Origin: Methanobacteriota archaeon
Lineage (GTDB): Archaea > Thermoplasmatota > Poseidoniia > MGIII > CG-Epi1
DNA: 64,000 nucleotides
Reading direction: 5' to 3'
NCBI GenBank assembly: GCA_014240055.1
Contig: JAAZXP010000002.1
Span: forward strand, 10,040-74,039
Position 1 is the stretch's first letter. Each line of letters starts with the position of its first letter. Shown here in pieces: positions 59,436-64,000 of the stretch. The notes under the pieces were generated by a model. The model saw nothing but the letters and a program-made list of their open reading frames with translations. It searched no databases and was not told the origin of the DNA. The position numbers and the translations under genes are program-made.

Positions 59436-60483
59436 GTATTGTCCTCTCTAATAATCTAAAATCAAATGGCGTGGATTGTGAGTATAATATATCTTGTTCA
59501 ATACCTTCACTTTGAAATGCCGAATGAGCTACCAATGAGTCCGATCTTTCAAATTGATAATCTGCTGCGTCAAAACTATTGTAAGCCATGTAATGCCTTT
59601 GGAATGCTGATGAACTCTCCCCGTCAAAAGCGATTCGTAAACTGTAAATGTTAAGAGAAACATCGTTTCCTCCCTGGTTGCGAATATCAAAATTAAAGTT
59701 ACCAGCCATTAATGATTTAATAGACGAAGAAAGATTGTAGTCCGTTTGATAAAATGTTAATGAATCATAAGTGTCTTCCTTCCCAACTTCTTCATTTATA
59801 ACTGATCTAGTAAGAGGTTGTGAACTAACATAAAATTGACCACCTGGTTCTTTAGAAACAACACCGCCGTTTAGCATCCTCATCTTGAAAACACCTGAAA
59901 CTGAAGCATATTTGTAAGATAGTGAATCGGTACCATAAATGAAAAAACCTCCTACTTGTGTTGTGTTTTTAGTACTAGTATATGTTCCTTGAACACCGTA
60001 ATCAAGAGGTGGGAAATCTGAAATATACGAATCTAAAGAATCTCCAGTCCACTGCGTCCCATCTGGATAAATTAAAGTAACTCTATATTCCTCTACGATA
60101 TCTAAATCATCCTTTATTGCAAGAGATTCTGAACCCATTTTTACTCCTACTATTTTTGGAGATGACCAAGGAACTGCAGTATAATAATATCTTATTTCAT
60201 CTAAGTTTTCACGTTGAACAAAAGTACCTGAACTAAAGGAGATTGTTGAAGTGCGAGATGCACCCTCTCCTTGTGCAAGAACGTGATCTAAATCGGTATC
60301 AAAATTCAAAAGGTTATTTTGAGCTGAAGTATATATTGCGTAAGCCTCATTTTGCTGTATTTGAGGAATGCCCCAAGCTAGCATAGTTCCGGTGACTGTA
60401 AGCATAATTGCCAATATTAAAATGGTACCAATTACGGGACTCACTCCTTCATCGGATTTTGTTAAGGATAGCTGACGCTGCAC
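59413..60483 (-). CDS. Archaeal type IV pilin N-terminal domain protein (large/minor pilin)
   Basis: SDEG|VSPVIGTILILAIML, canonical archaeal pilin N-terminus. Confidence 0.85.
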   Translation of the reverse strand: MQRQLSLTKSDEGVSPVIGTILILAIMLTVTGTMLAWGIPQIQQNEAYAIYTSAQNNLLNFDTDLDHVLAQGEGASRTSTISFSSGTFVQRENLDEIRYYYTAVPWSSPKIVGVKMGSESLAIKDDLDIVEEYRVTLIYPDGTQWTGDSLDSYISDFPPLDYGVQGTYTSTKNTTQVGGFFIYGTDSLSYKYASVSGVFKMRMLNGGVVSKEPGGQFYVSSQPLTRSVINEEVGKEDTYDSLTFYQTDYNLSSSIKSLMAGNFNFDIRNQGGNDVSLNIYSLRIAFDGESSSAFQRHYMAYNSFDAADYQFERSDSLVAHSAFQSEGIEQDILYSQSTPFDFRLLERTIHVKFSLR

Positions 60484-60524
60484 ACGAGCTCATCTAATAG
60501 GGGTTCAAAAAGTATTATGTTAAA

Positions 60525-61454
60525 CTAATGGCTATTATTTTCTAGCCATTTCTCGACATCTATAGCTGCCATACAACCCATACCTGCTGCAGTTATAGCC
60601 TGACGATATCTAGTGTCTACTACGTCGCCACCTGCAAATACTCCCGGTATGCTAGTCATTGTATTTTCTTTCCAAAGAAGATATCCACTCTCATCAGTTT
60701 CTAATTGATCATTCAAAAAGGAAGTCATCGGTTTGTGTCCAATTGCGATAAAGGCGCCGTCGCACTCTAACTTTTCCTCTGAACCTGTTTTTGTATTTAC
60801 TAAAAGAGCTCCTTCAAAATTCCCTTCAGAACCCAACCATTCTTTTATGCTGTAATTTAGTTTCCAATCAATCTTTGAATTTGCTTTAGCTCTGTCTGCC
60901 ATTATTTGTGATGCACGTAATCCCTCTCTTCTATGCACTATAGTTACTTTACTGCAGAATTTTGTTAAAAATGTTGCTTCTTCCATAGCAGAATCTCCAC
61001 CTCCAATAACAATTACTTCTTTATCTCTAAAAAAAGCACCATCGCAGGTTGCGCACGTTGAAATCCCACGGCCTTTATGAACGTCTTCATTTATTGCATC
61101 TAACCAAATTGCCTCAGCTCCTGTAGTAATTATTATTGAGTTAGCCAAATGGACCTCCTTTCCAACATTTAATTTAAAAGGTCTCTGAGAGAAATCAACC
61201 GAATCTACATTTTTATCAATTATTTCACAACCAAACCTAGAAGCTTGCGACCTCAGTTCAAGCATCATCTCAGGTCCACCAATACCTTCAGGATATCCTG
61301 GGAAATTTTCAATATCACTTGTTAACATCAGCTGGCCACCACTTGCAAATCCTGCAAACAAAGTAGGATTAAGCATCGCTCTTCCTGCATACAACCCGGC
61401 AGTATACCCTGCTGGACCTGAACCAATAATTATCAAATCTTTAACTTCAGTCAT
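60525..61454 (-). CDS. trxB: Thioredoxin-disulfide reductase
   Basis: GSGPAGYTA, ENFPGY, CATCDG, GGGDSAMEEA, GDV.D..YRQAITAAG.G. Confidence 0.96.
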   Translation of the reverse strand: MTEVKDLIIIGSGPAGYTAGLYAGRAMLNPTLFAGFASGGQLMLTSDIENFPGYPEGIGGPEMMLELRSQASRFGCEIIDKNVDSVDFSQRPFKLNVGKEVHLANSIIITTGAEAIWLDAINEDVHKGRGISTCATCDGAFFRDKEVIVIGGGDSAMEEATFLTKFCSKVTIVHRREGLRASQIMADRAKANSKIDWKLNYSIKEWLGSEGNFEGALLVNTKTGSEEKLECDGAFIAIGHKPMTSFLNDQLETDESGYLLWKENTMTSIPGVFAGGDVVDTRYRQAITAAGMGCMAAIDVEKWLENNSH

Positions 61455-61494
61455 TACCCTTCATTAGAAAGCCTTCTAAATTATTGTGTATGTC

Positions 61495-62235
61495 TTAACC
61501 ATTCCATCTAGAAGATATAATAAAGCCAGTATGTCCAATACCATTATTATCGGGTCGTAAAGCACTGGAACGCGATTGCCAACCTCTCTGAATTATTTCT
61601 ATAACTTCTATTTCTTTCCAACCATCTAAGGAATCCATGAGAGCTTTAATTTGATTTACTGTTGGAATATAACATATTAGGAAGCCCCCGATCTGTAATG
61701 ATTTCATTGACCAATTTACTAATTCCCAAGGATTAGGAAGATCTAATATTATTGAAGAGGCTCGTATAGGTGGTGTAGAGTCCATTAATTCTTCATTACG
61801 GAGATCTATCAAATTACTCCAAGGGCTCATTTTTATATTTTTCTGAGCTATCTTAAGATGTCTTCTGTTACTCTCAAAAGTAATAACTTTTCCATTTGGA
61901 GCTATAGTTTGAGCAAGTGCTAAAGTTAATGCCCCAGAACCGCTACCTGCCTCAACCACTGTTTGACCTGTTGAAAGGCCAGATCTATATAGGATCCAAG
62001 CAATATCTTTAGGAGATATGATTTGTGGGCCTCGTTTAAGGTTTAATTGTAGATCAGATAAGACATAATCTACAAGAATACACTTTTCGTCTAATAAATC
62101 AAATTCCTTACCTAATTCCTTATTAAGTAAAACTTTAGTTGGAAAACGACCAAAATTCTTTATTTCTAAAACATCTAAATCCAAATCAACTAAATGGGCT
62201 GAACCACCAATTATTAGAAGATTGAAATTGCTCAT
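61495..62235 (-). CDS. trmI: tRNA (adenine-N1)-methyltransferase (m1A57/58)
   Basis: RGPQIISPKD, EAGSGSGAL, LDLPNPW, YIPTVNQ, GHTGF. Confidence 0.88.
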   Translation of the reverse strand: MSNFNLLIIGGSAHLVDLDLDVLEIKNFGRFPTKVLLNKELGKEFDLLDEKCILVDYVLSDLQLNLKRGPQIISPKDIAWILYRSGLSTGQTVVEAGSGSGALTLALAQTIAPNGKVITFESNRRHLKIAQKNIKMSPWSNLIDLRNEELMDSTPPIRASSIILDLPNPWELVNWSMKSLQIGGFLICYIPTVNQIKALMDSLDGWKEIEVIEIIQRGWQSRSSALRPDNNGIGHTGFIISSRWNG

Positions 62236-62252
62236 ATGAGCAAACTATTAGA

Positions 62253-62705
62253 CTAGCCTACCAAAAGCTTAGCGTTACTTAATGAATATTTCCAATCTGC
62301 AGGAATAACATTATTTGAACGGTAATACTTTGCTAGACGAAGTATCTTAGCTTCTGTTAAACGTAAGGAGCGTGTATTATGTATATCTTTCTTATTAATC
62401 TTTAAATGTTCACCCAACCGAACTGCTTTCCGCATAAGATTAGTTAAATCTTCAGGTAAAGAAGGTGATAAATCTTTTTCAGCTAATACTTTAGAAATTG
62501 ATTTACCTGTTGCTAATTTTGTACTTGGTACTGCATGAGTGTCTCTTAGAGCAATACCAATTTGTGAAGTAGAATGACCTTCAGATGCTAACTCAATAAT
62601 CGTCTTTTCAACATCTTTAGATTTAGGTGACCATTTAGGATTATTTTCTCTAGTCTGTGGGCTAGAGCCTGAGCGGCCTTTACGTCGTGCATGAATTCTT
62701 GCCAT
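62253..62705 (-). CDS. rps15: 30S ribosomal protein S15 (uS15)
   Basis: MARIHARRKGRSGS, SQIGIALRD, LPEDL..L, RLAKYY, W.Y. Confidence 0.96.
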   Translation of the reverse strand: MARIHARRKGRSGSSPQTRENNPKWSPKSKDVEKTIIELASEGHSTSQIGIALRDTHAVPSTKLATGKSISKVLAEKDLSPSLPEDLTNLMRKAVRLGEHLKINKKDIHNTRSLRLTEAKILRLAKYYRSNNVIPADWKYSLSNAKLLVG

Positions 62706-62771
62706 TTATTATTTGTCTCCTATTGAGGTTATGGCGCCAGTCAGACCGGTATAAAAACATTAGCACATTTA

Positions 62772-64000
62772 TCAATAGTCTAAAGTCCAATATGCTGCTA
62801 ATTCATCATTAGAATAGATCCTATAAGTAAAATCAGGCATAGATTCATAGTAAGGATTAGTGATTATTGAAAGAGTTGAAGACTTGCCACTAGAATCTGG
62901 CATTCCCAAATTAACAATAGATATTGAAACATTTTTCTGAATATCATATGATAATGATGAACTGTTATTCCAACCCCATAGATGATCTTGAGATTTCCAA
63001 TACAGGTCTTTTAATGATATTCTTTTAATTTCCATATCATCTAAAGATATTAGTCCTGAAGACAATTCCTTAGAATCTTGAATAGCGACCATATTCGAAT
63101 AAGCAGCTAATCTTCGTTCCCTCTTTTGATCATTAGATTCCAGTATGGAATCCTCTAAATTGGATTCCATCCATTGAGATGTTGAAATACTGCTCTCGCG
63201 AACATAATAAGTGTAGTACACTTCCTCACGTTCATGCGCATTAACTCTATAATCGAGATCGTAATATGAGAATGAACTAACTAATATCGTAAATACAGCT
63301 AATAAAACTGCCAACCTATTTGGACTATCTTCTAAGTTATCTATAAAAAAATCAATTCCAGGTACAATCAGCAGCAGAATGCCGAATGTTACCAAATATG
63401 GAATGTAAATTAGATCAGATATAACAAAAAAAGAAAGAGCTAAATAAGACATTGAAAAGAAATATCCTTGAGAAACGCGGCCCTTCTGAACCCAAAATAC
63501 TATTCCGAGGATAGATATAAAAAGAAAAGGACCAACATTTATCATATAATACATTATTAAATTGAACATGGCTGAAAATATCCCAATACCGCTAAAAAAG
63601 TAGACTCCAATAATTTCGTCGTCCGGACTGTAAGGCGAAAAATCTAAATACTGGAGATAAAAAAGATACCCGGATAAAAATAATAGAAAACCCAAAACTT
63701 GTCTACCTGCTCTTTCTCTATTTGTAGCATTTTCTTGCCAATAATAACATAAAACAGACATAACAAATGCTAATAATATTCCTGGAAATAATAGAGCCAT
63801 TCTGTGTAGAGAGGGTAACATTATTCCTAATAATAATATTAATGAAATAATCCGAAAAGGATGGCGACCATACTTTGTATGAGATAGTCTAAGAAGTAAC
63901 CAAATAAAAAAGGGCAGTAAAGCAATAAAACTAAATCTAAGAGAAATACTCCACAATGAAAATGTTATAAATCTCGGAGCGAATGAAAAACACAAAGTTG
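62772..64000 (-). CDS. Multi-pass membrane protein with C-terminal extracellular domain (5'-truncated; GT-C-like architecture)
   Basis: At least 8 TM segments then a soluble tail; the reading frame is open to the window end. Confidence 0.55.
   Translation of the reverse strand, partial: TLCFSFAPRFITFSLWSISLRFSFIALLPFFIWLLLRLSHTKYGRHPFRIISLILLLGIMLPSLHRMALLFPGILLAFVMSVLCYYWQENATNRERAGRQVLGFLLFLSGYLFYLQYLDFSPYSPDDEIIGVYFFSGIGIFSAMFNLIMYYMINVGPFLFISILGIVFWVQKGRVSQGYFFSMSYLALSFFVISDLIYIPYLVTFGILLLIVPGIDFFIDNLEDSPNRLAVLLAVFTILVSSFSYYDLDYRVNAHEREEVYYTYYVRESSISTSQWMESNLEDSILESNDQKRERRLAAYSNMVAIQDSKELSSGLISLDDMEIKRISLKDLYWKSQDHLWGWNNSSSLSYDIQKNVSISIVNLGMPDSSGKSSTLSIITNPYYESMPDFTYRIYSNDELAAYWTLDY

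Noticed and set aside
3908..59654. Numerous short antisense or nested ORFs in the track (e.g. 3908-4336, 7922-8557, 13102-13503, 23053-23460, 32732-33148, 55328-55708)
   Set aside because: They lie opposite or inside well-supported genes, show Ser/Ile/Phe-rich shadow composition and have no motifs.
1..64000. CRISPR arrays, IS elements, rRNA genes, defence islands
   Set aside because: No regularly spaced repeats, transposases or rRNA-like segments were seen; the intergenic gaps are all short.

Overview
AT-rich, gene-dense chromosomal segment of a marine Thermoplasmatota-type archaeon. The archaeal assignment rests on TFB, pelota, NAC, ABCE1, TiaS, archease, TrmI, uS15 and an archaeal initiator tRNA-Met. 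Poseidoniia, possibly Marine Group III, is an inference from gene content and low GC. Most of the window is housekeeping: gcvP, nth, pyrC, pntAB, ppdK, purM, aconitase, folD, a rib operon, pyrG and trxB. It also holds two type IV pilus/secretion-motor loci and several large surface proteins. No CRISPR array, transposase or prophage is visible. The top finding is a translationally coupled gene pair (49607-50726). Its two products match, motif by motif, the catalytic N-terminal and degenerate C-terminal domains of the eukaryotic ribosomal uS12 prolyl hydroxylase OGFOD1/Tpa1, split exactly at the inter-domain linker. Other leads are a DRAM/TMEM150 (Frag1/Sfk1)-like membrane protein, an atypical small GTPase with an unknown partner gene, a minimal pilin-less T2SSF-T2SSF-ATPase module, a chromosomal RusA, a SHOCT gene broken at a poly-A tract, and candidate operators upstream of the rib and pnt operons. 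All family calls come from recognising motifs by eye; no database searches were run.
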